From the NCBI GenBank assembly GCA_965226375.1, contig CBDDCX010000008.1, forward strand, positions 640,001 to 704,000: 64,000 nucleotides of DNA, read 5' to 3'. This DNA comes from Longimicrobiales bacterium (GTDB lineage: Bacteria; Gemmatimonadota; Gemmatimonadetes; Longimicrobiales; Gaopeijiaceae). The notes beneath the pieces were generated by a model. It saw only the letters and a list, made by a program, of their open reading frames with translations, ran no database searches and was not told where the DNA came from. A program made the position numbers and the translations under genes. Below are positions 51,162-60,414 of the stretch, in pieces (position 1 is the stretch's first letter; every line of letters begins with the position of its first letter).

Positions 51162-53066
51162 CTAGTTGCCCACTCGCTCCTTCAACTCCTCGAACCAGTT
51201 CACCACAACGACAATTTCCGGGGCGACGACGGCGTTGTCCCCCACGGCCTGCTCCACCACCGCTCGCCCCGAGACCGGGTTCACATCCCATCCCGGGAGC
51301 AGACGCGGGAGCACGGCAACCACCTCGGGCGAGCTGCCCGCCGGTTGACCCGGTGCCATCGCAACAGCGAAGAGCGTGTCCCGTGACAGGCTCCAGTAGT
51401 ACACGGTCTGACCGTCGGGCGCCCAGCGGGGGGAGAGACCACCGGCTGCGGAGACGAGGCGCACTTCCCGCGCGTCGGGAAAGCTGCGTACGTAGATCTG
51501 CGGCCGGCCGGCTTCGTGAGACTCGTAAGCCGCAAGAGTCCCGTCTGGTGATACCGAGAGGTCCGTTTCGGTCCACTCAGCCGCCAGGTAGGGAGTGACG
51601 CGTTCCGGGTTGTTCGGGTTGACGATCAGAATATCCTGCGCGCCGGCCGCGTTTATCACGATGATGTCCTCGGATGGCCAGGCCAGCGCATGGTCATCAC
51701 TGGGAAGATTGAGGAGTCGGGTCGGCGGCGAGCTGCCATCGACAGGCGTGATGAAAAGGTCTTCCGCGATGGTGCCCGCCTGCTCCGAGGAGAACACCAT
51801 TCGGGTTCCGTCCGGAGACCAGGCCGCGGCGTGAGCGCCGCCGCCAAACGTAATCGGCGTCGTCGTTCCCGTGGCGAGGTCGTACGTAAAGACTGTCCGC
51901 TGCTCGATCCGGCCGGCCCCCGTGTTGAACGCGAGCCGCTCACCGTCTGGGGAAAACCGTGGCCAGTTGAAGACCCGGGGCGACAAGGGGATCGTGTCCA
52001 TGCCGCCACTCATTTCCAGCAGGAGGAGTTGTGACGCCTGTCCAACGTCCAGCGGGTTTGTGGCGTAGACTAGGGTACCCGTCCGGGAGATCGAATAGAA
52101 GGCGTTGTTTCCGACCAGATCTACGTCGTCCCTGACTGGAGCGGGACGTGCGCGTCTGCCCCAGCGGTCACACGCCATGACGGGCCGCCCTACGGTGCCG
52201 CTGCCGTTCCAGCGTGTATGGTCTGCCACGTGAAGGCCGGGTTCGTCAGGGCCTCCGCGAACCTCGCGGCGCTTTCGAACCGATCTGCAGGGAGCTTCTC
52301 CAGGGCTTTGCGTAGCGCGGCGTCGACATGCGGTGGGACCGCAGGCCGTTCTTCCGTGGCCGACACCGGTTTGCTAGAGATGATCTTGCCCAGCACCGCT
52401 TGAGCTGTCGCACCGGGATACGGTGGCTCGCCCACCAGCATCTCATACAGGACCGAACCTAAGGCATAGGTGTCGGTGGACGATCCCACGAACTGATCGC
52501 CCGTGGCTTGCTCCGGGCTCATGTAGAACGGAGTACCCAAGCTGAGGCCGGTCTCCGTCAGACGACCTCCACCAGCCGCACCTACGGCGAGCGCGATGCC
52601 GAAGTCTGCGATCAAGGGTCGCCCTCGTGCATCAGGATGTTGGCGGGCTTGATGTCTCGGTGGATCACCTTGTTGCGATGAGCGTAGTCGAGCGCCTCGG
52701 CCAGGTCGGTGGTGATCTTGACCGCCTCCTCCACGGGGAGCTGATGCTCACGGTCGAGTCTGTCCCTTAACGACTCGCCTTCTACGTAGGGCATCACGTA
52801 GAAGAGGAAGGCGTCAACCTCGCCCGAATCGAAGAGGGGGAGGATGTGGGGATGCTGCAGGTTGGCGGTGACCTTGATCTCGGCGAGGAAGCGCTCGGCA
52901 CCGACTACCGCGGCCAGTCGGGCTTGAGGACTTTGAGGGCGACCTTGCGCTCGTGCTTGAGGTCGTCGGCCAGGTAGACCGTGGCCATGCCGCCTTCGCC
53001 GAGTTCACGCTCGATGGTGTAGCGGCCGGCGAGGGCTGCGTTCAGGCGGGCGACGGGATCGGACAT
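51162..53066 (-). pseudogene. Ser/Thr kinase-TolB propeller gene relic K1 (two frameshifts, an in-frame stop, internal deletion)
   Basis: MSDPVARLNAALAGRY...GEGGMATVY, HRDIKPAN, DFG, GTPFYMSPEQ; shifts near 52919 and 52620, TAG at 52192-52190; C-terminal PRFSPDG repeats ending VNWFEELKERVGN. Confidence 0.92.
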
Positions 53067-53072
53067 GCGGGC

Positions 53073-53102
53073 AAGATGCTGCTAGGGTGTGAACACCCAC
53101 AA
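53073..53102 (-). promoter_or_regulatory. Putative leaderless promoter TTGTGG-N18-CATCTT-N6-ATG
   Basis: Same spacing recurs at 56268-56297, 57568-57597 and 58959-58988. Confidence 0.65.
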
Positions 53103-53355
53103 GGCGGACAGGCTATACATGGGTTGTCCCATACAGCCATGGACGGATTCTGAGCCCCACGATTGGGGACGGTCGGAACAGGCTCGAAACTCCGGTGTCG
53201 GTGTCCCTGGCTGACCCCAGGACGCGCCCGGAGCAGGGGGTCGGACATCTCCTCGTGACCCCGCCTCAGCCCTCACAAGGCCTCCTGATAGGTCTCGAAA
53301 CACCCTCTTATATTTCATGTAACTTGTTGTCATTGTTAGATATGAGGGGGTTTCG

Positions 53356-55149
53356 ATGCGTCCCGCCAAGATCGCACTTCCTGAGGTATCCCACCTTCCT
53401 TCAGATGCCGCCGAGCGGCTCATCCAGCGTTCCGATGGCGAGCCCGAGCGTTCCGATGTCTCACCCGAGCGTGCCGATGTCTCAGCCCAGCGTGCCGATT
53501 GCGCACCCCAGCCGTCCGATGGTGCGCCCGATCAACACCGCGTCCCGACGCCCGGCGGGCCCAATCTCGCCACTTCCGTCTGTGTCGCGTCCGGTGCCGG
53601 GGCGTTGGGCCGGACCACATGCCTGTGTGAGGCCTGCCGGGCTGCCGCGGCAGCGGACGACTCGTTCGAGGTCCTCACCGAACTCGCCGATGAGATCACC
53701 ACCCTCGCAGCGAACATCCACGCGGCCGAATACCGGTTCATCACCCTGATTGCCGAGTTCGACCGGCTCGAGGGCTGGCAGCCTGAGGGCCACCGATCCT
53801 GCGCACACTGGCTCGCTTTTTATACAGGCATCCACCTGGGTGCAGCTCGCGAAAGGGTACGTGCCGCACGAGCCTTGGTGGGCCTCCCGCATATCAGCGC
53901 GTCGATGGAGAAGGGCGAGCTGTCCTTCGCCAAGGTGCGGGCGCTCACGCGTGTCGCCACGCCCGAGAGTGAAGGCGAGCTGATCGAGCTCGCCCGCGAC
54001 AGCACCGCGGCTCAGCTAGAGCGGACCGTCAGGGCTTGGCGTCGACTCAGCCGGTACGACGAGGCGGAGCTGGAGAGGATGCGGCATCGTTCTCGCTACC
54101 TCTCGGTCCTTCCCGACGAGGAGGGCATGTACCTCGTGCGCGGCCGGCTGGATCCTGAGGTGGGGGCGATGCTCATGCGAGCGCTCGAGGCCGCGGGCGA
54201 CGCTCTCTTTCGAAAGGAAACGGCCGAAGAGATCGAGCCTATGCACCGGCGAGCGGATGCCATGGGGCTCCTGGCCGAGCGCGCGCTGGCGGTGGGGTTC
54301 GGAGACGGGGCAGGGGCGGCAGGTGAGGAAGCGGAGGCTGCGGAGGCAGCGAAGGCAGTGGAGGATGTGGAGGATGTGGAGGATGTGGAGCCGGCGGAGG
54401 CAGCGGAGGATGTGGAGCCGGAGGCGGCGGATCGGGAGGAGGCGCGCCCCACCCCACTCTCCGGCAGCCGAGCCGAGCGCTATCAGGTGGTCCTGTACGT
54501 CGATCCTCCCACGCTCGAACGTGAGAAGCACACGAGGAGAGAAGGTGGTCCAAGAGGAAGCGGGCCAGGAGAACGCAGTCCAGGAAATAACAGCGAGCCG
54601 GGACGTTCGGAGCTGGAGGACGGCACACGCGTTTCCGCGGAAACGTCTCGGAGGCTCTCGTGCGATGCTAGTGTGGTCCGGATCACTGAGGCCCCGGACT
54701 TGTCAGCGCCTCGAGGAAGGCGGGTGCTCGATGTCGACGCCCCTCACGGAAGGGGGGTGCCCGACGTCGCCGCCCCCCACGGAAGACGGGTGCCCGACGT
54801 CGCCTCCCCTCACGGAAGGCGGGTGCTCGACGTCGGCCGGAAGGCGCGTACGATCCCGCCTTCGCTCAGACGGGCGCTCGAGTCCCGGGACCGCGGATGT
54901 CGCTTCCCGGGCTGTGGCCTGCGCTTCACCGACGCCCATCACATCGAGCACTGGGCGGACGGCGGCGAAACCAAGCTGCGGAACCTCGTTCTGCTGTGCC
55001 GATTCCATCACCGCCTGGTACACGAGGAGGGCTACACAGTCCATTTCCCTCACGGGGAGCGGTTCTACTTTCTCAATCCGAGGATGAGGTTGATCCCGGA
55101 TCGGCCACCGGCGACCGGTCCGGCATCTCCCGGACTCTCTCCTTGGTAG
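53356..55149 (+). CDS. DUF222 / HNH endonuclease (REP13E12-like) with tandem-repeat inserts
   Basis: SCAHWL, GELSFAKVRALTRVATP, RRADA, RRLSCDA, RDRGCRFPGC...DAHHIEHWADGGET...NLVLLCRFHH. Confidence 0.9.
   Translation: MRPAKIALPEVSHLPSDAAERLIQRSDGEPERSDVSPERADVSAQRADCAPQPSDGAPDQHRVPTPGGPNLATSVCVASGAGALGRTTCLCEACRAAAAADDSFEVLTELADEITTLAANIHAAEYRFITLIAEFDRLEGWQPEGHRSCAHWLAFYTGIHLGAARERVRAARALVGLPHISASMEKGELSFAKVRALTRVATPESEGELIELARDSTAAQLERTVRAWRRLSRYDEAELERMRHRSRYLSVLPDEEGMYLVRGRLDPEVGAMLMRALEAAGDALFRKETAEEIEPMHRRADAMGLLAERALAVGFGDGAGAAGEEAEAAEAAKAVEDVEDVEDVEPAEAAEDVEPEAADREEARPTPLSGSRAERYQVVLYVDPPTLEREKHTRREGGPRGSGPGERSPGNNSEPGRSELEDGTRVSAETSRRLSCDASVVRITEAPDLSAPRGRRVLDVDAPHGRGVPDVAAPHGRRVPDVASPHGRRVLDVGRKARTIPPSLRRALESRDRGCRFPGCGLRFTDAHHIEHWADGGETKLRNLVLLCRFHHRLVHEEGYTVHFPHGERFYFLNPRMRLIPDRPPATGPASPGLSPW
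53425..53529 (+). repeat. Five degenerate 21-bp coding tandem repeats (xRSDVSP)
   Basis: Units such as GAGCGTTCCGATGTCTCACCC. Confidence 0.85.
54697..54834 (+). repeat. Four degenerate 33-bp coding tandem repeats (DVxxPHGRRVx)
   Basis: Units start at 54697, 54730, 54763 and 54796. Confidence 0.88.
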
Positions 55150-55171
55150 TCACGCGATCCACCACTTGTCG

Positions 55172-55732
55172 CTAAGAGCGAGCCCGGTCACGAGCCACGG
55201 CCCATTGCTCTCCGAGATCCAACTCTCCGACCCATCTCTCGATGCTGTCGATGTCCAAGGCGCTCCCCTGCACCCTCAGGATCTCAACTACATCTCTGAT
55301 CTGGCGATCCGAGTCGCTCAGCTTGGCCCACTCGAGCTTGGCCACGACCATGTCCTCAGCTCGTGCGATGGCGAGGTCCAAGCCTATGAACGTGATGGTC
55401 TGCCGAGCGTCGAACTCTTGGCGGCTAAAGTCCCTCTCCCTGCGTAGGATGAAGTCGATCTTCCAGCCTGACGCCGGGTCGATCGCGTTGAAGAGGCCCC
55501 GAGATACAACGGCCTCGTGTATCGCGGTCTCACTGACATACAGACCTTCGGCCTCCAGCTTCCCCGCCAACCGTATCAGAGCAGGGGCCTCGGCCTCGAC
55601 CACGAGGTCAACGTCTTGTGTGGCCCGAGGGGCTCCGTGGAAGGAACTGGCGAGGGACCCCGTGAGCATGTACGGAATCCCGATCTCATCGAGGGACCCG
55701 ACCACCAGACCCAAAAGCTGCTCGAGCTTCAA
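55172..55732 (-). CDS. Nucleotidyltransferase-fold protein (putative toxin, AbiEii/DUF6036-like)
   Basis: YMLTGSLASSFHGAPRATQDVDLVV (GS...DxD), KIDF, EDMVVAKLEW. Confidence 0.8.
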   Translation of the reverse strand: MKLEQLLGLVVGSLDEIGIPYMLTGSLASSFHGAPRATQDVDLVVEAEAPALIRLAGKLEAEGLYVSETAIHEAVVSRGLFNAIDPASGWKIDFILRRERDFSRQEFDARQTITFIGLDLAIARAEDMVVAKLEWAKLSDSDRQIRDVVEILRVQGSALDIDSIERWVGELDLGEQWAVARDRARS

Positions 55733-55944
55733 CGGTCCCCAGACCCACGGGAGGTTGAGGAATCCGGCGCGGGAGTCTCCTCGGCGTCGTTCGACCCTGC
55801 GGCGCGCGCGGCGGCCCCGGCGGCGCTGAAGTCAGCCACGAACTGACTGAGGTCCAGGGCTTGTTGGAGCCGTTCGGCACCGCTCAACCCAGCTAGAGCA
55901 TTGCGTCGGGCTTCAGCGGCGTCACGCGTCGTATCGAGAGTCAT
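55729..55944 (-). CDS. Small helical partner of the nucleotidyltransferase (putative antitoxin)
   Basis: MTLDTTRDAAEARR...SGAERLQQALDLS; 4-nt overlap with the NTase gene. Confidence 0.65.
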   Translation of the reverse strand: MTLDTTRDAAEARRNALAGLSGAERLQQALDLSQFVADFSAAGAAARAAGSNDAEETPAPDSSTSRGSGDR

Positions 55945-55999
55945 GATTCAATCTATACGCCAGCTACCAACGGGGAATCTTGGTCACTCGGACGCGCCC

Positions 56000-56261
56000 C
56001 TAATTTCCCTCTCCCAACGCCGCGCGAAGCTCGGTGAACCAGTTCGTCACGATCAGGTGCGGTGGTCTCGATCTCGGCCAGGAATGGCTCAGCGCCTACA
56101 ACCGCCGCCAACTCGGGCTTCAGGACCTTGAGGGCGACGTTGCGGTTGTGCTTGAGGTCCTTGGCGAGAAAGACGGTGGCCATGCCGCCTTCGCCCAACT
56201 CGCGTACGATGGCGTAGCGGCCTTCAAGGGCCGCGTTCAGGCGGGTGGCTGGGTCGGACAT
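56000..56261 (-). pseudogene. Kinase-TolB relic K2: first ~58 codons joined out of frame to the last ~19 codons
   Basis: MSDPATRLNAALEGRY...FLAEIETTA, then LIVTNWFTELRAALGEGN* in another frame; junction ~56055-56060. Confidence 0.9.
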
Positions 56262-56551
56262 GCCGGGAAAATGGGCCGTGCATAGGTCAGGTGACAAGCG
56301 TGACGGCTTCCGGTCGTACTTATCCCTCGCGGGATTCCAGGGAGTAGCCCTGACATGTGGATGCCTAGAGGGGCCTGAGACGTATGGGCCTCCCCGCTCC
56401 CCTTCGGCGCTTGGAGAGCCGCCAGCGGTTGGGCCGATCTGGGATTGGAGCAGCAGGCGGACCCGGCCTAGGAGGCTTTCAGACGCCGGTGGAGACGGGC
56501 TAGCGGCCGTGATGCGGTTTCCGCTCTTCCTCGGGTATCATTTCTGGCTCG

Positions 56552-56580
56552 TAGACATCATGATGTACTGATGCTATGAT
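56552..56580 (+). promoter_or_regulatory. vapBC promoter/operator
   Basis: TAGACA-N17-TATGAT 5 nt before the ATG; perfect palindrome ACATCATGATGT at 56555-56566. Confidence 0.7.
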
Positions 56581-56585
56581 GCGTC

Positions 56586-56810
56586 ATGCGAACCACCCTG
56601 AATCTGGACGACGAATTGCTGCGCGCCGTGCGCTCCCTCGCCAAGGAGCGGGACGAAAGCCTCGGAGCCGTTGTTTCGTCGCTTCTCCGCCAGGCCCTCA
56701 GGCCCGAACGCGAGTTGGGCTACGAGCAGGATGTGCCGGTCTTCATGGTGAGGGAGAACGCGCCGCCGATCACCCCGGAAATGGTGGAGCAGGCGCTGGA
56801 GGATCTCTGA
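56586..56810 (+). CDS. vapB: VapB-type antitoxin (RHH/CopG-like)
   Basis: MRTTLNLDDELL...SLGAVVSSLLRQAL, directly before a PIN gene. Confidence 0.88.
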   Translation: MRTTLNLDDELLRAVRSLAKERDESLGAVVSSLLRQALRPERELGYEQDVPVFMVRENAPPITPEMVEQALEDL

Positions 56811-57235
56811 CAGCCCTCTTGGACGTCAACGTGCTCGTGGCATTGGCCTGGCCGAACCACATTCACCACCGCCGTGCCGTTGCCTGGTTCGTTTCGGTCC
56901 GATCCGAAGGTTGGGCCACATGCCCCACCACCGAGTCCGGATTCGTCCGGGTGTCCTCGAATACACGTGCGATCCCCGATGCGCGCACGCCGAGCGAAGC
57001 GATTGGGCTCCTGACGCAGCTCAAGGGGTCAGGACAGCATCACTTCTGGGAGGACCCGGTAACGCTCACATCAGACCCCTTCGGCGTCTTCGCTCGCGTG
57101 GTGGGGCACCGGCAGGTGACGGATGCGCACCTGCTCACGCTCGCGCTCCATCACTGCGGATGCTTCGCGACATTCGATCGGGGGCTACAGGAGTTGGCGG
57201 GATCTCACCGGGAGAGTGTGGTGCTGATCGGCTGA
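56807..57235 (+). CDS. vapC: VapC PIN-domain toxin, probable CTG start
   Basis: ALLDVNVLVAL, TESGFVR, QVTDAHLL, ATFD; CTGA overlap with the vapB stop. Confidence 0.9.
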   Translation: MTALLDVNVLVALAWPNHIHHRRAVAWFVSVRSEGWATCPTTESGFVRVSSNTRAIPDARTPSEAIGLLTQLKGSGQHHFWEDPVTLTSDPFGVFARVVGHRQVTDAHLLTLALHHCGCFATFDRGLQELAGSHRESVVLIG

Positions 57236-57278
57236 CCAGTGGTCTTCGCGCAGCCCAGGCGGGTGACGAAATCAGACA

Positions 57279-57561
57279 TCAGTTCGGCACCAGGCGCTTC
57301 AACTCCTCAGAAAATTTGGTGACAACAATTAGCTGCTGTTGCTGGTCGCCGACATCCTGTCGGACCATGAGGAACCGCCCGTCGAGGGCTACGTCGTAGG
57401 ATTGATCGCCTGCTGGGTGGGTGACGAAGTCTCCCTCGAAGAGCATTTCCGGGCGCCCAACGGAAAAGGCGCCTTCGGTCGTCACCTCGACTGCCGAGCT
57501 CGCGCTCGATGGTGTAGCGGCCGGAAAGGGCGGCGTTCAGGCGGGTGACGGGATCGGACCT
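57279..57561 (-). pseudogene. Kinase-TolB relic K3: ATG->AGG, ~23 N-terminal codons joined to the last ~72 codons
   Basis: SDPVTRLNAALSGRYTIERELG, then AVEVTTEGAFSVGRPEMLF...YDVALDGRFLMV...EELKRLVPN*; shared GGC at 57493-57495. Confidence 0.88.
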
Positions 57562-57683
57562 GGCCGCAAGATGCGGCTAGGGTGTGTTATGCCACAAGGA
57601 AGGCCCGGAGTGGTGATGCCATGCGTTGAAGCGCCGTCCGCCGTAAGACGCCTATTAGTCGGTAACCCGGACCGACGGTTCTC

Positions 57684-58904
57684 TCACCCGTCGCCCCCGT
57701 ACCAGATCCGGAAGATCCGCCCCCCCGCGTCGTCGGAGACCAGCAGTGATCCGTCCGCGGACTGAAGTACGTCGACCGGGCGACCCCACACCTCCTTGTC
57801 CTCCTCGTCGCTGACGATGAATCCGGTCAGAAAGTCCTCCGGGGGGCCGGTCGGCCGTCCATTCTCGAAGGGGATGCGCACGAGCGAATACCCTTTGAGA
57901 TCGAGGCGGTTGATGGACCCGTGCAGCGCCACGAACGCACTGTTTCGGTACGCTTCGGGAAACCGGTCGCCCGTGTAGAAGGCCAAGCCCATCGGAGCAG
58001 CGTGGGCGGGGAGGAGTACGTCGGGAACGATCGTCCGCTCGACCAGATCCATCCGCGCTCCGTTGAGGATCGGCTCGGGGTTTGGACCGATATAGGCATA
58101 CGGCCAGCCGTAGAAGCCGCCGTCCACGACCGAGGTGACGTAGTCGGGCGCGAGGTCGTCCCCGAGGTGGTCTCGCTCGTGCACTGCGGTCCACAGGGTT
58201 CCAGATCCCGGGTAAAGTGCCAAGGGCACTGGGTTACGCAGGCCTCCGGCGAACACCCGATGTCCCGATCCGTCCGCATTGTATTCGTTGATCGCGGCCC
58301 GCCGGGGGTCGGTGCCGGGCATGGCGTTCGTCGCGGAGCCGACCGCGACGTACATCTTTCGGCCGTCCGGGCCGAAGATCAGGTTGCGCGTCCAGTGGTT
58401 GAAGCCACGTGTCCTGGCTAGGTCGATGCCGAGGCGCTCGGCCGTGTCGGTATCGAGCGCGTCGCTGCTGACGGGGAGGTCGACGACGTGCTCGGGCGAT
58501 CCTTCCGCCCGCAGTTGACCCGGGACGTACTCGAAGCGCACGACGGCATCGTTGTTCCCGACGTACAGGTATCCGTCTCGGAACGCCAAGCCGAACGGTC
58601 GCTCCAGGTCCGTGGCGAATGTCTCGCGGAGGTCAGCTACGCCGTCGCCTTGTGCGTCTCGGAGGATCACGATCTCGCCGGAGCCGCTCGAGGCGACGAA
58701 GATGTCCCCGTTCGGGGCGAGCGCCATTCGGCGCGGGCTCGAAATCCCGTCGGCGAACACGTTCACCTCGAACCCTTCCGGAACGGACAACCGGACGCCG
58801 TCCGGCTGCTCGACAATCTGTGGAATGGCGCGGTTCCACGGGGTCTCGAAGGGCTCGGGCAGCTGCTGGGGGGCCAGGACCAACATCAACGCGATGGCAG
58901 ACAT
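57684..58904 (-). CDS. PQQ-dependent glucose/sorbosone dehydrogenase-family protein
   Basis: Short signal peptide; VPEGFEVNVFA, NHWTRNL, GLRNPV, ERDHLGD, FYGWPY, HAAPMGL, WGRPVDV. Confidence 0.9.
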   Translation of the reverse strand: MSAIALMLVLAPQQLPEPFETPWNRAIPQIVEQPDGVRLSVPEGFEVNVFADGISSPRRMALAPNGDIFVASSGSGEIVILRDAQGDGVADLRETFATDLERPFGLAFRDGYLYVGNNDAVVRFEYVPGQLRAEGSPEHVVDLPVSSDALDTDTAERLGIDLARTRGFNHWTRNLIFGPDGRKMYVAVGSATNAMPGTDPRRAAINEYNADGSGHRVFAGGLRNPVPLALYPGSGTLWTAVHERDHLGDDLAPDYVTSVVDGGFYGWPYAYIGPNPEPILNGARMDLVERTIVPDVLLPAHAAPMGLAFYTGDRFPEAYRNSAFVALHGSINRLDLKGYSLVRIPFENGRPTGPPEDFLTGFIVSDEEDKEVWGRPVDVLQSADGSLLVSDDAGGRIFRIWYGGDG

Positions 58905-59098
58905 GTGTCACGACTCCTCTCATGCCCCCCGCTGTTTCATCGGGAGGCCGCTGGCCGCAAAATGCGGCTAGGGTGCGCCCCCCCACAAGTCTGGTTCGCC
59001 ATTCCTGTGGCTGATGGACGCGCCTTGCCAGATATCGGTCTGGCCCCCGGCTTCCGTCGTCTGGCCCCGGGACGCCGAATCTCAGACGGGCCTATCGA

Positions 59099-60414
59099 TC
59101 ACTCCGCCTTCAGCGTCTCCAGCGGATCCGTTCTGGACGCCCTCACCGCGGGCACCCAGGAGGCGAGCACCGTCGTCCCCAGCAGGACCATGGCAGAAAC
59201 CCCAAGGGACACCGGATCCTGCGCGGTCACGCCGAACAGGAAACTCTCCAGAAGGCGACCCGCGCCCCAGGCGGCGAACCCTCCGACGCCAACCCCTAGT
59301 ACAGCCATTGTCAGGCCCCGGCGCACCACCTCGCGCTGGATACGGGCGCCTCCCGCACCTAGGGCCAGACGGATGCCGAGTTCTCGACGGCGCTCCCCGA
59401 CGGCGAAGAGGAGCGTGCCGTAGAGCCCGCCCGCGGCCAGAAGGAGCGCTATGACTCCGAACGCGGCGAGAGCGCCGAGCCGAACCGCCTCGTGGCTGAG
59501 GACTCGTCGACCCACTGCGTCATGAGCGCAACCTCCGGCACGGGCAACTCCGCTTCGACCGCCCAGACGGCTTCGCGAATCTGGCGCACCAGGCCCTCGG
59601 CATTGCCGGCGGTCCTCAGCCCGAACACGGCACGGTCGATGGGGAACGGCAATGCCTCCACCGGCATGTAGACTCCATTCTCGTGGGACTGGTCCAGGCC
59701 GTAGTACAGGGTGGGCTCGGCTACGCCCTGGATGAACCCGCTCACGCTTCCGTCCCCGAACTCCCTGCCCAGAGCCGCGTCGGCCGACCCGTGGATACGT
59801 ACGGCCAATTGTTCGCTGATCACTAGTGGTGTGGGCTCATTCGCAGCATCGAGCGAAGACCATCCGCTCCCGGCGACCAGCCGAGTCCCGTACGTCTCGA
59901 AGAATCCATCTGAGACCGGATGGACGGACGCCCGTACCATCTCGGTTTCCGCTTGGTGGAGTGCTACATCGGTGCTCCAACAGCACTGGTCTCCGCCGGT
60001 CCATTCGAAGGGCGCTTCGATTCCGTAGCTGACCGAGGTCACTCCCGGTATCAGCGCGAGGGAACGCTCGATGGCGTCCATTCGGCGTGAATAGTCCTCC
60101 GGGGTCTCGATTCCGGTGGGATTCAGTTGGAGGACCCATACATTTTCGGCTTCGAAACCCGAATCCTGGTTGGTGACTTCCATGAAGCTGCGCATGAGCA
60201 AGCCGGCGAGTGTCACCAATACCAGCGAGAGAGCCACTTCTCCGACGACCAGTCCGCCTCGGACCAGATTGAGTCCTCGTCCACTGGAACTCCTCGGACT
60301 CGCTTGGCGTAGCGTGTCGTTGATATCCCGACCGATACTTTTCAGCGCCGGGAGCAATCCGAACGCCAACGACGTGAGTGATGCGAGTGCGATGGCGAAC
60401 GCGGCCACGCGGCC
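59099..60414 (-). pseudogene. MacB/FtsX-type duplicated ABC permease, 5'-truncated and frameshifted near 59470
   Basis: AFGLLPAL, LVVGEVALSLVLV...LLMRSF, then RRELGIRLALGA...ASRTDPLETLKAE in a shifted frame. Confidence 0.88.

Noticed and set aside
53228..53278. Possible fifth kinase relic (TTGTGA...GAGGAG ATG TCC GAC CCC, MSDPLLR)
   Set aside because: Only about 7 codons of similarity and different spacing; suggestive but too short to call
53425..54834. Tandem repeats as a possible CRISPR array
   Set aside because: No unique spacers, in-frame coding, no cas genes in the window
56576..56806. N-terminal 77 aa of the 219-aa ORF containing VapC
   Set aside because: Overlaps vapB in another frame; the PIN domain begins at 56807
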